The position numbers and the translations under genes are program-made. From positions 20,088,001 through 20,152,000 of the forward strand of contig OX597834.1 of the NCBI GenBank assembly GCA_951406725.2: 64,000 nucleotides of DNA, given 5' to 3'. The notes beneath the pieces are model-generated. The model was not told the origin of the DNA, did not search any database, and saw only the letters and a list, made by a program, of their open reading frames with translations. Of the stretch, positions 14,090 through 26,651 are shown piece after piece. The first letter of the stretch is position 1. Each line of letters opens with the position of its first letter. The DNA is from Octopus vulgaris (taxonomy: Eukaryota).

Positions 14090-14358
14090 GGTGGTGGTGA
14101 TGATGATGATGATGATAATGATAATGAGGATGGTGGTGGTGGTGGTGGTGGTGGTGGTGGTGGTGGTGGTGGTGGTGGGGGTGGGGGTGGTGGGGATGTT
14201 GATAAGGATTGACAGCTTGATAATGCTAATGACTGACCAATCCATTCAATCATTCATAGGGTGATTGATCATGTGAACATATCATTGAGTGATGACACCA
14301 ATGCCAAAATGTCATGTCATGTGAGTGATGATGAAGAAACTGGATGATGATGATGACA

Positions 14359-14398
<40 letters not shown>

Positions 14399-14635
14399 CG
14401 ATGACGATGATGATGATGATGGTGGTGGTGGTGGTGGTGGTGGTGGTGATGATGATGATGCAGCTGGTGATGACGACGATGATGATAATCATGATGATGA
14501 AGAAGAGGATTGATGATGGCGACGGTGGTGAAGATGATGGAGATGATAATGATGATGATGATGAAATGTGGCAGGTGTGTGATTATGATGATTAATGATG
14601 TAGGTGATAATGATGATGATGATGATGATGATGGG
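14090..14635. repeat. (GAT)n/(GGT)n compound tract
   Basis: Direct reading. Confidence 0.95.
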
Positions 14636-14799
14636 GTAATAATGATAAGTTAAGCTATTTCTGATTATTGCTGTCAGTCATGAAGGAAACCTTCCAGCCC
14701 GGGATGGTGGTCTCCTTTGTAAATGACGGACACATGTAAATGTGTGTTTGTATTTGTGTGTGTATGTGTTTGTGTGAATGTATATATACATATATATAT

Positions 14800-15011
14800 T
14801 CTTTTATTCTTTTACTTGTTTCAGTCATTTGACTGCAGCCATGCTGGAGCACTGCATTTTTAATTTAACAAATGGACCTCAGGACTTATTCTTTGTAAGC
14901 ATAGTACTTATTCTATTGGTCTCCCTTGGCAGACCACTAGGTTACGGGGACATAAAGACACCAACATCGGATGTCAAGCGATGGTGAGGGTACAAACACA
15001 CACATGCACAA

Positions 15012-15068
<57 letters not shown>

Positions 15069-15235
15069 TATACTACAGGCTTCTTTCAGTTTCTGTCTAC
15101 CAAATCCACTCACAAGGCTTTGGTTACCCGAGGATATAGCAGAAGACACTTGCCCAAGGTGTCACACAGTAGGACTGAACATGAAACCATGTGGTTGGTA
15201 AGCAAGCTTCTTACCACACAGCCATTCATGCACCT
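14800..15235 (-). mobile_element. SINE A, full length
   Basis: Same head, core and tail as 12497-12906. Confidence 0.9.
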
Positions 15236-15789
15236 ATATATATATATATATAGGAAAAATAGAAGTTGAAAATTCACCAGGAATAGTTAAAATATTTTTT
15301 ATTGTTATATTCAAAGCTTAAACCAGTTTCAGTTTACACTGATTTTCAAAAAGTTCAAATAGAAAGACGTGGCTTATGTCGCATCTGTCTTTGCTACATG
15401 TATATTTCTACATGTATGTGTATATTTCTCTAGTTACTATGAATGACCATGTATATATCATGTGTGTGTGTGTGTTTGCATGTCAGCCTATGTATGAGTA
15501 TCTATACATTTGCATACACGTATATACTCTTCTAGCTCTGTGAACATGAATACATCTGTGTGTGCATGTGTGTATGTGATCTTATGTATGAGTATATATA
15601 TACATATATACATACATATATATATATGTGTGTGTGTGTTTGCGTGTGTGTGTGTATGCCTGCATGCATGTATATATAGATTTCTCTAGTTCTGTGACTG
15701 TGTGTGCATGAGGACACTAGCCATGATGGATATAAATATCCTGAACAACCCAAAGTCATGATTCTTCCAAATCCTTTCCCTCATCTCCT

Positions 15790-16092
15790 CTCTTCTTCTT
15801 CTTCTTCTTCTCCTCCTCCTCCCTTCTTCTTCTTCTTCTTCTTCTTATTCTTTTTCTTCTTATTCTTTTCTTCTCCTTCTTCCTTCTTCTCCTCCTCTCT
15901 TCTTCTCCTCCCTTCTTCTTCCTCTTCTTCTTCTCCTCCCTTCTTCTTCTTCTTCTTATTCTTCTTATTCTTCTTCTTCGTCTCTTTCTTCTTCTTCTTC
16001 TTCATCTTCTTCTTCTTCTTCTTCTTCTTCTTCTTCTTCTTCTTCTTCTTCTTCTCCTCCCTTCTTCTTTTTCTTCTTCTCCCTTTTTCTTC
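15790..16092. repeat. (CTT)n polypyrimidine tract
   Basis: Direct reading. Confidence 0.95.
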
Positions 16093-17190
16093 TTAGCCCC
16101 TATTTCCAATTTCCCTGACCTATATACACAGTGAAGAATATAAAAAGAACATAAAAATGGCACAGAGTGCTAAAAAGGTATTATTTGGTAAAAGGGCATA
16201 AACATTTTGTGCATTTCTTTTAAAGCAGATAAAAAAAAAAGTGGGGGGAAAAATCCTTGATTCAGCTTTAATGATGTTTCTGAAAATTATTCAGAGGGAA
16301 TCTTTGCCAGAAGCAAATAAGAGCAAGTATCTTCTTTATTTTGCGGTGAATGCCATGGGAGGAAAATACATTATAGATTATTATCAGTATTGCAGTTGAT
16401 GTTGTTGTTGTAGTTGGTAGTGGCAGTGGTGTTGGTGGTGTGGTGGTGGTGGTAATTGTCAATTATTGTCTGCTTCTTCCTCTTCCTCCTCCTCCCCTCC
16501 TCCTCCTCTCATCACCACCACCACTTATTGCAGTTGTTGCTAATGCGGCAAAAGGTAGTAGTAGTAGTAGTAGTAACAACAATAATATTACTGACTGTTC
16601 CTGCAGTAATCGGTGCACATGGCACAACACTCGAAGTGCCACCCAAAAGACTGAATGAAATTGCAATTGAAACTCATGCTGTTGACTTGCAGGGAAGTAC
16701 CATTCTCTACGCCACAAGAATCCTAAAATAGGTTTCTTAAGATTTGAGGAAACTTGTTGCCACTAATACTCAAGATGATATACCGGCTAATCAAATTAGC
16801 ACATGCCAGCTTAATAATAATAATAATAATATATTAATAATAATGATGATGATAATAATATTAATAATATTAATAATATTAATGATGATGATGATTATAA
16901 ATAATAGATGGGGAATGTTACCCTTATAAGACAGACTACAACTTTTTTCCATCTTAATGGCTGAAATATACAATCTTTCTGCTCTTTTCACAGCTATACT
17001 GTATTTGAATATATATGTATGTATGTGTGTGTGTATGTATGTATGTATGTATGTATGTATGTATGTGTGTGTGTATATATTTATATATAAGTGTGTCTGT
17101 ACACACACACTACACACATACATACATACATACATGCACACAACTGTCAAACACTGAGAATGAGTGCTGGAAACCACATTAATGGATAAA

Positions 17191-17427
17191 TATTCTTTAT
17201 TTGTGAGTTAACAAAGCTACCTTCAGTTTCACGCCAAGAGAAATCTCAACAATTATCAAGTTTGCCACATGGGACGTTGGTGCTCACCTCCAATTTGGGT
17301 TGCTTATGTTTTCATCCATGCTGGAGGTGAGCACCAATGTCTCATATGGCTGGCTTGATAATTGTAGTGATTCTTTTTTTCTGACATAAAACCAACGGTA
17401 GCCTTGTTAACCCACACATAAAGAATA
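17191..17427. repeat. Fold-back element / MITE with ~100-bp imperfect arms
   Basis: 17191-17292 pairs with 17322-17427 (innermost TTGGTGCTCACCTCCA / TGGAGGTGAGCACCAA); 29-nt loop. Confidence 0.9.
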
Positions 17428-17454
17428 CACACACACACACATCGGCACATATAT

Positions 17455-17756
17455 ATCCTTAAAATCCTTAAATCCTTAAAAATGTTTCAGCCCGAAGGCT
17501 GCGGCCATGCTGGGGCACCACCGCTGAATGAGCTACATTAATATGTGAATCCACCTGTAATATGTGGCACTTGGTCAACAAGGGAGTTCGATGCCGCTGC
17601 CCGCATCTGTGTCTCCTGTCGTGAGGTAGGTTCATCTGGGACCCCCGACAAGAAGAGATCCAGTTTAGTTTTAAAGAAACCCACATCCACACCATGCAAG
17701 TCTCTCAGGCATTTAGGGAGGATGTTAAAGAGCTGTGGTCCTCTGAAACCCAAGCT
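17455..17756 (-). mobile_element. CR1-group LINE 3' end (ORF2 C-terminus, 3'UTR, tandem tail)
   Basis: LGFRGPQLFNILPKCLRD...FKTKLDLFLSGVPDEP...RAAASNSL is typical of invertebrate CR1/L2-group ORF2 ends; followed by a stem-loop and a (TAAGGATTT)n tail. Confidence 0.8.
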
Positions 17757-17774
17757 ATATATATATAAACAGTG

Positions 17775-17818
<44 letters not shown>

Positions 17819-17855
17819 CACACACACACACATATATATATATATATGTGTGTGT

Positions 17856-18162
17856 GGAGGTGCAATGGCCCAGTGGTTAGGGCAGCAGACTCGCGGTTGT
17901 AGGATCACGGTTTCGATTCCCAGACCAGGCGTTGTGAGTGTTTATTGAGCGAAAACACCTAAAAGCTCCACGAGGCTCCAGCAGGAGGTGGTGGCGATCC
18001 CTGCTGTACTCTTTCGCTACAACTTTCTCTCACTCTTTCTTGGCCTGCTCGCTTAGCCAGCAGGGTGGCGTCATTCGAAGGCTAAAACAATGCAAAGCGC
18101 ATTGTGATCAGCGATGTGTAGCAACATCTGATAGCCTGGTCGGTCACGGTGATCACGGTGAT
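17856..18162 (+). mobile_element. tRNA-derived SINE family E (resembles octopus tRNA-Arg-type OR SINEs)
   Basis: A box TGGCCCAGTGG, B box GGTTTCGATTCCC, tail ending in tandem TCACGGTGA. The family name is from recall and unverified. Confidence 0.8.
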
Positions 18163-19051
18163 ATATATATATATATATAAACTCTGATAACTCAGTAACA
18201 ACTAAAAAGAAGATGTTTTCAAAAAAATTTCTTTGAAAACATAAGAAATATATTTTACTCTTTTATATAAATTTTTCTCCTTTATCATGCCAAGAATAAA
18301 CAAGCAAACAATAAGAGCAATAGGAGTCTGCAGAGTGAAAGGGAATGTCGAGATTACAAAACAACAACAACAACAACAACAATAATAATAATATATTAAA
18401 AAAGAAGAAACAAATTGCAAATTTCTAGAAGAACGGTCTTCTTAGACACCCACCTTTCTACCCTGTAAGTTGCAGTCAGTTTTGGTAACATGAACGTAAA
18501 CGTAATCTGTTTGGAATTGGATAACATGATGGAATTCAAGTTTTTGGAGTTTTTATCTTGTTTTTGGAAAAATTTTAAAAACCTAGACTAGATAGATAAA
18601 TAAAATCAATAAATGAATCGATATATTATAAATAAAAGGAAAAGAAAACATCAGTGGAAGCTACAGCGAGAAAAGTTTCTCCAAATGTAAGATTTATAAA
18701 CATGCTTCTTTCATATTTTTTTGGTCTTTGTAATGTTTCTCTTGTAGAAAGTTATTCTTAGTCCAAATCTTCGGTGAGCTTACACCTAATGTTTACCGCA
18801 GTGAGGTGAATAAAAAGTGTGGGGGGGGGGGGGGGGAGAAAGTAAAAAAAATAAAGAAAGGTAAAGCAAAAAAATAGTAAAAACAACTGCAGGAAGATTT
18901 CGTATACATATTTATGCTCGCAGGTATGGACGCATGCATAAAGAAAGATGTTCTATACATACGCATACACAATTTCATATTAGGGAACACATACACACAT
19001 TCATTTATGCATATATACACATGCATAAACTATATATATATGTATATATGC

Positions 19052-19102
<51 letters not shown>

Positions 19103-19160
19103 CACATACATGCATAAGTATATAATACATACATAATATATATATATATATATATTTATT

Positions 19161-19191
<31 letters not shown>

Positions 19192-19972
19192 ATTTATATA
19201 TATGTTTATCTATATATATAGATATTTGTATGTGTGTGTTTACATAAAATATAGGTACATGGAATAAAGATATTATACACAAAAATGGATGTGTGTGTGT
19301 ATATATATATTGTATATAAGTATATATTTGTATATATATGACCGCTTCCATCTAACAACTTAAACACACATTTATATTGACATACACACACCGGTTCATA
19401 CAAAGTCAACAACATCTGACCACCTACATATTCCAGGTACTTTTATAACACCTGCATCCATAACCATAATCACATTTGCACACCTGTACACCAATACACA
19501 TCTTTACACCTCCATACGCCCATGCCAGCATGGATGGTGTTAGATGATGATCACAATGATGATGGTGGTGGTGGTGGTGGTGAAGGTGGTAGTGGTGGTG
19601 GTGCCAGTGGTGCTGGTGACAGTGGTGGTAGCAAGTGTTTTTATACCACACTAACACCTGTACATATATATGCAATCATGGTGGTTAACACTAAAAGCTA
19701 GGTGAGTAAGTTGATTCCTTGCCTTCAGACAAACCATCGAGAGTTTGGTTGTTCGTATCTCATCTCAGGTACACGGATGTACTCATCCTTCTGGGATCAA
19801 TAACAGAAACACCATGGAGATAGCAATCACAAACTCATATTTTAAATATATTAACTAAAAAAAAAGGTTTCTTTAATAATTCTGTTATCCTTTTGGTGGC
19901 TGATTTTCTTAGCAAAAAATCTTGGTTTGTTGTTCAAAAAAATTTTTTAAGCACGAAGAAAGTTATTACATT

Positions 19973-20452
19973 TTAACTCTTTTGATACCAGCCCACCTGA
20001 AACCATCTCCGGCTCTGTAGTACAAATGTCCTGTTTTCAAAAGTTCTGAATTAAAATCTTCCAATCTGAATTAAAACCCTCGTCTCAATTTATGTTCCTA
20101 ACACTAGCTTAATGATAACTAAGTTATTTTCTAAATTCTTTGTTATATTTAAAATTAATTGAAAGGAAACACAGAGCATCTCAACAGAAATATGGTTACA
20201 AAAGGGTTAAGATATATAATAGAGAAACAATTAATGCTTTTGATGCTAAACTGCCCCTAGTACTATAGTACACATGTCTTGTTTTCAAAAGTTCTGAATT
20301 AAAATCTTTCGCCAAAACCTAAGTCACAATATATGTTCCTAACACTAGCTTAATTATAACTAAGTTATTTTACTAAATTCTTTGTTATATTTAAAATTAA
20401 TTGAAAGGAAACACAGAGCATCTCAACAGAAATATGGTAACAAAAGGGTTAA
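19973..20452. mobile_element. Two tandem TTAA-flanked (piggyBac-type) MITEs
   Basis: Copies at 19973-20210 and ~20231-20452, both ending AAAAGGGTTAA, with TTAA at the ends and near-identical interiors; relatives at 40199-40540 and 55275-55430. Confidence 0.75.
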
Positions 20453-20883
20453 TGTATTCCTTGATTCTCCCCAACCAAAATTAAACTGACAAATATTCAT
20501 AATAAATCAAATTACTTATGTAAATGAGTAATTTTCATATGGCTGTGTGGTAAGAAGCTTACTTCCCAACCACATAGTTCTGGGTTCAGTCCTACTATGT
20601 GGCATCTTGGCAAACTGTCTTCTACTAAAGCCTAAGGGTGGCCAAAGCACTGTTAGTGGATTTGGTAGATGGAAACTGAAAGAATCTCATTGTGTATATA
20701 TATATAAATAGTTTTTCTACCTGGCCGGCACCTGTGAACTGTCCTGAACATGTATGGAAGATGGACATTAAACGATGGTGATGATGATACATATATATTT
20801 CAGGTAGAAGTATATTCTATCTTCCATCGTATTCTTTTATAAACTGTGAATTCCCTGTCTAAAACTTTCATACGTACTCACCT

Positions 20884-20961
20884 TGTCTCTGATAATGGAA
20901 TACCCAGTGTATGGAGATGCTAACCTATCACTTGAGATATCCCAGAAACAGCTGTAAGACA
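20884..20961 (+). ncRNA. Degenerate type I hammerhead ribozyme (Penelope-type)
   Basis: TGTCT-CTGATAA-TGGAATA...TATCCCA-GAAA-CAGCTG-TA-AGACA: stems I and II, palindromic stem III and a GUA cleavage triplet; the core has G8>A. Confidence 0.75.
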
Positions 20962-21066
20962 TCCAATAATTAATTAATTACCTCGAATTCACCTTACTCT
21001 AATTAAATATTCTAAATGACTGGAGTTACTCATCCTGCTTTAATTTTGTTGTCCTTTCCCCTCTAA

Positions 21067-21484
21067 TCTATAATATAAATCCCATTCTGTCTGTGTAAGT
21101 GTGTATGTGTGTAAAAGATTATAATGGCCATATTTTTCAACTGATATTCTCCAAACTGGGGACATACATTACTTATTTCCTAGTGATGGTTTTAGACTCT
21201 TAAAATGTTTCACATAATGAGTAATGGACCCCCTGGGAGCAGAAGGATACTATATCCACTGACAACTTTTCAGTGTGTTAAAAAATCACACCCCCATTTT
21301 TCCATGACAGGTTAGGGCCTGGAAATCCTCCAAATATGTTGCTTAGTAGAAATAGCCCATCATTTATTTCATAAATGTTTGATTGTCAATGCTGCACTTT
21401 CCATATCACATGTTTCAACATAACTCTAATATATATACAAATTATGTCATTTTAATCCAAAGCAATGCTGAGTATCTCTGCTAG
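21067..21484 (+). mobile_element. Non-autonomous Helitron (old)
   Basis: A|TC 5' end (TCTATAATATAAA), decayed subterminal hairpin, CTAG|T 3' end. Confidence 0.6.
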
Positions 21485-21486
21485 TA

Positions 21487-22028
<542 letters not shown>

Positions 22029-22284
22029 AATGTGTGTGTGTGTGTGTGTGTGTGTAACTGTATGTATATCTATCTAATCATCACTTTATCTATCTACACA
22101 TACATGCATATATGTACATATATATATTAACATATATATACATATATATATATAAATAATACATCTGTTTGTTGTTTACACATCTATCTTCATCCTTTGC
22201 TTTTTTGTAAATTCTCACTTTATATATATACATACATATATATATATATGTACATATATATATGTACATATATATATGTATATA

Positions 22285-22328
<44 letters not shown>

Positions 22329-22657
22329 TATATACGCATGCATATATATACATATATGTAGATTTATATGTGTATATATAAAACAAAAAGCAGCAATTTG
22401 CTTCTATTTTATTTCATTTCATTTGGATATGATTAAAGACTGCATAAAGCAAACAAGAAACAAAGACAAAAAACACAGAACAGCAACAAAAACAAAACGG
22501 CAAATATGCAAACACAAAAAAACCCCCCAAAAGTCCAACAACACAAATTAAAAAAGAAACGCCTCTGAAGAAACACACACACACACACACACTTAGATGT
22601 TAAAGGGCAACTGAAGAGAAGCGTGTGGAAGGAAAGACATTTCGTTTCATTGCACAG

Positions 22658-22772
22658 ACTTAGCAAATGAAATCAATAGCTTTACTGAAGAAAATAGAAG
22701 AGGTGTTATTTTTAGTTGTGCATGTGAAGATGTAAAGCTTATGGAAAAGAGTTTAGTGGCCATCATGCAGAG
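22658..22772 (+). CDS. Possible internal exon of an unidentified gene (DLANEINSFTEENRRGVIFSCACEDVKLMEKSLVAIMQR)
   Basis: Acceptor TTTCGTTTCATTGCACAG|, donor AG|GTAAGC, one open frame, non-repetitive sequence. No homology recognised. Confidence 0.25.
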
Positions 22773-22923
22773 GTAAGCCGGTCGCTGAACTGGACTGTGT
22801 GTTTTAATTAGATTTAGTTGGCGACTAAAATGCAATAAAACATAGTGGCCCTCAGTGTGTGGGCTTGTGGGTTTCTGTGTTCATGTGTTTGTGCATGTGC
22901 GTGCGTGTGTCGTTTCTGCTTTG

Positions 22924-22963
<40 letters not shown>

Positions 22964-23204
22964 GTATGTATAAATGTATACAAACACATGTAGGTATATT
23001 TGGCAATGAATGGTGTTTAAGTGGGCGTCTGTGTGTCTATACGTGTATATGTGCATATATATTTGTGTTGCATGTGTATGAACGTGTATGTAAGCGTGTA
23101 TGTATTCACATACACAGCCATAAACAAATGCATGCATATATATGTGTGTGTATACATACATATATATATACACACACAGACATATACATACATGATTGTA
23201 CATA

Positions 23205-23278
<74 letters not shown>

Positions 23279-24599
23279 TACATATATATATATGTATGTG
23301 TATATATATACACACACACACATATATATATATATTGAGAGAAAGAAAAGGAATAAGAGAAGGAGAGTTTCATATCTTCAACTAAAAACTGTGTGTGTAT
23401 GTGTGTGTGTGTGTGTGTATTTATATTTATATGCATGTGTGTTTATGTAAATGCCTCTATCTATATATGTGTACGTATATGTGTCTGTGTATGTATACAT
23501 GTGTTTATGTAGAAACATGCATGTATGTGTATGTATATGTATACATGTGTGTATGTACATATATGTGTGTGTATGCATATGTGTCTGTGTATGTATGTAT
23601 GTGTGTATGTATTTGTGTCTGTATGTATACATGTGTTTGTATGTGTGCATGTGTGTATGTCCGTGTGCATGGAGACTAATCCATACAAAGCAATCGTGAA
23701 GACTCTATAAACCAATCAAAAAGAAAGGAACCATAAAAAAAAACGGAAAAACCCCCCCCACAGAAAATAAGGATTTAAAAACCTGTCAATAGCTGTTCAA
23801 CCTGAGAACCATTACTGCCCTAACCTCCGTACGCACATATAAATGCACTGTCCCCATATACATAAATACGCCAACCCCATATACATCAACAATAAACACT
23901 CACATTTGAAATTACACACATGCATGACCCATAGAAACAAGTGTTTGGATGTCAGTGATTGCCTGAGTTTTACATCTTTCTCAACACTTCACTACAACAC
24001 AATTTCACATGTTTGTTTATATTATTAATCCCTCCAAATAGATTCAGTTTGATAAATAAAGGTGTTTTCTGCTGACTTTTAGCCTTACAAGTCATACATG
24101 GCATGTAATTTGTTTTTGGGTTTTTTTTAAATTTTTAATTACATGAGTTCTGATTTTATATGCCACTGGGGTTGACTTTACTTTTCATCATTTTCGGGGT
24201 CGATGAAATAAGTACCAGTTGAACACTGGGATAGATGTAATCATCTATCCCCTTCCCTGTAAAAATTGCTGGCCCTGTGCCAAAATTGGCACTCATTTAC
24301 AATTACAATTATTTTTAACTTAATCCAGAAGAATTCAAAAGCACAGAGCTAGCAGATAATTTGTCAACAGGAAATGTCAACAAGCGTCACCAATCACAGC
24401 CTTACCACAAATAATGATGTCACCACCTGTAGCCAAACTTCAAGCAATAATGTCACTGCTTGCTGCCATAGCTCATGCTAGAGTGTAAAGATTCACCAGA
24501 TATTAAGACATTAATTTCATTCTTCAATGAATAATATAGCTCTCCTCCATCTATTCATCTTCTACTCTCACTATTCGTAGGTGAGTCAAAAAAGTAAAG

Positions 24600-24795
24600 A
24601 GTCCTTCTTGTGTCATACCAACTCAAAAAGAGCTGATTACCTGGTTTCCATGATGTGTAAATTCCCCACCTGGAGGGGACGCCAGTCCTTCACAAGATTA
24701 CTCATATTTGCCAGCTGTGTGAACTGGAGCAATGTGAAATGAAGGGTTTTGCTCAAGAACCCAATGCATCACCTGGTTCAAGAATTGAAACCACA
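24600..24795 (-). mobile_element. SINE with C-type body
   Basis: GCCAGCTGTGTGAACTGGAGCAATGTGAAATGAAG.GTTTTGCTCAAGAAC is the reverse complement of the family C body. Confidence 0.7.
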
Positions 24796-24863
24796 TGGAA
24801 AGTCCATTTTGCAATTCTTCCCAACAACATTCTAATCACACACATGTCCATAATGTCAGACAT

Positions 24864-25316
24864 ATTTATTTGATAGCCTTTTCTCTTTGTGGTGCCCCAA
24901 GGTACCTTGTGTAACATTTGTTTTGTCCAATTTATTTAAATGTCTTTTCACTTTGTGGTACCCCAGAGTACCTGGGATAACATTCATTATGTCCAGTTTA
25001 TTTGAAGGTCTTTTCTCTTTGTGGTACCCCAGAGTACCTGGGATAACATTCATTATGTCCAGTTTATTTGAATGTTTTTTCACTTTGTGGTACCCCAGAG
25101 TACCTGGGATAACATTCATTACGTCCAATTTATTTGAATGTCTTTTTTCTTTGTGGTACCCCAGAATAAATAGTATAACATTTTTTTGTCCAGCTTTATT
25201 TGAATGTCTTTTCTGTTTGTGGTACCTATGGTAACACTTGCTACATCCAGCTTTATTTCAGTATCATTTCGTTCCGTGTTACCTCAATGTTTATGGGTTA
25301 TCATTTCTTACATCCA
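24864..25316. repeat. 66-bp minisatellite, ~7 copies
   Basis: Unit approx. TTTATTTGAATGTCTTTTCWCTTTGTGGTACCCCAGAGTACCTGGGATAACATTCATTATGTCCAR; central copies near identical, edge copies decayed. Confidence 0.92.
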
Positions 25317-26651
25317 GAATTTTCCATTGAAGCAAAAAAAATATAAACAGAAAAAATAGTTACAAAAGAACCCAAAAAAGTTGAGAAAGGACAGAGCATG
25401 ACTGTGTGTGTGTGTGTGCGTGTGTGTGCGCGCGCATGTGTGTGTGTGAGGTGAGGGTTTATTGTTTGTAAACTTCTGGATCGAAGAATATTTTTCTATA
25501 TTTAATAAACATCTAAAAATCTTTTAATCACTCTCTTCCAATACTAATTAGTAAAACTAATTTTCATTAGAGATATTTATTATCAGAGCTTTCTACTTTG
25601 ATCTCAGTTTTCTAATGTCCATCATCTTTAGTAACGACTTGAAGAAAAATCACTTAGATTGAAAAATTTTAATGTCTTTCTTTCATGTTAAATTGATTTC
25701 TTATTTGATTATATTATTTATTTATTCTTCCTTTATTTTTGTTTATTTTCAGGTAAAGAAAAACTTTTAATCAATATATTTTATCTGCGCCCTTCACATG
25801 AAACTTAAAATTGTAATACCACAAAACCAAGGTAAAGTTTTATACATAAATATATACGAATGAAGTGAACACGACATCAGTATATTCCTCAATCAAGGCT
25901 GGCTGTGTTATTTAGGAGTTCATTTAGTAACCATGTGGTTCAGGGTTCGATTCTAGTGAACGGCATCTTCAGTAAGAAGCACTTTCTGCTGTAGGCTCAA
26001 TTCAATTGAATCCCATTGAATAAATAATTACATATATAGATGCAGGTAAGAAGCTTGCTTCCCAACCACATGGTTCAGGGTTCAGTACCCCTGTGTAGCA
26101 CCTTGGGCAAGTGTCTTCTACTATAGCCTCAGGCTGACCAAAGCCTTGTGAGTGGTTTTGTTAGCCAGAAACTGAAAGAAGACCATCATATATTTTTATA
26201 CGTGAGTGTGTGTTTGCACGCGTGCGTGTGTGTGTGTTTCTGTCTCTGAAGTTTCTCTCACAAATTATTGCTCACCCTGAGGCTGTAGAGGTAGACAGAT
26301 GCCTAAGGGTAACTAAGATACATCCACACCTTTTACTTCTCAACTTCTCATACATTACCCTGTTATCGTACTATTTTTCTTAACTCTACAGCCATGACTG
26401 TGCCAAACTTCATTAACTTAAGATTGCATGACATTCTTTGATGCAGATATATTTAGCTTCCGCAATTCACAGGTTAATTCTTTTGCAGCTCTATTTCAAC
26501 AAAAATGCATACCATGGGTTTCACATAATTTGTATTAAAAAAATATATTTTGCATGAGAATTTAGTGTGTTTTAGTAAAATAACAAATGTTTATTTCGTT
26601 TTGGGATTGAGTTTGCAAGATTCTTTATGTGAGTTCATGTGTTGAACCATA

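Noticed and set aside
16343-16355. 13-nt match to the 3' part of miR-124 (GCGGTGAATGCCA)
   Set aside because: The seed (TAAGGCAC) is absent and no precursor hairpin is evident.
17856-17930. tRNA gene
   Set aside because: It has A/B boxes but no complete cloverleaf and continues into a SINE body repeated at 49936-50291.
19729-19768. 40-nt + strand micro-exon (CCTTCAG|...CTCAG|GTACAC)
   Set aside because: Weak donor, no recognisable peptide and too short to distinguish from chance.
20875-20975. Minus-strand exon (TCTTACAG|...AAG|GTGAGT)
   Set aside because: It overlaps the hammerhead/Penelope-like relic, which explains the sequence; exonisation cannot be excluded without RNA data.
24856-25234. 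22-aa repeat proteins on both strands
   Set aside because: A by-product of the 66-bp minisatellite; no splice or start context supports them.
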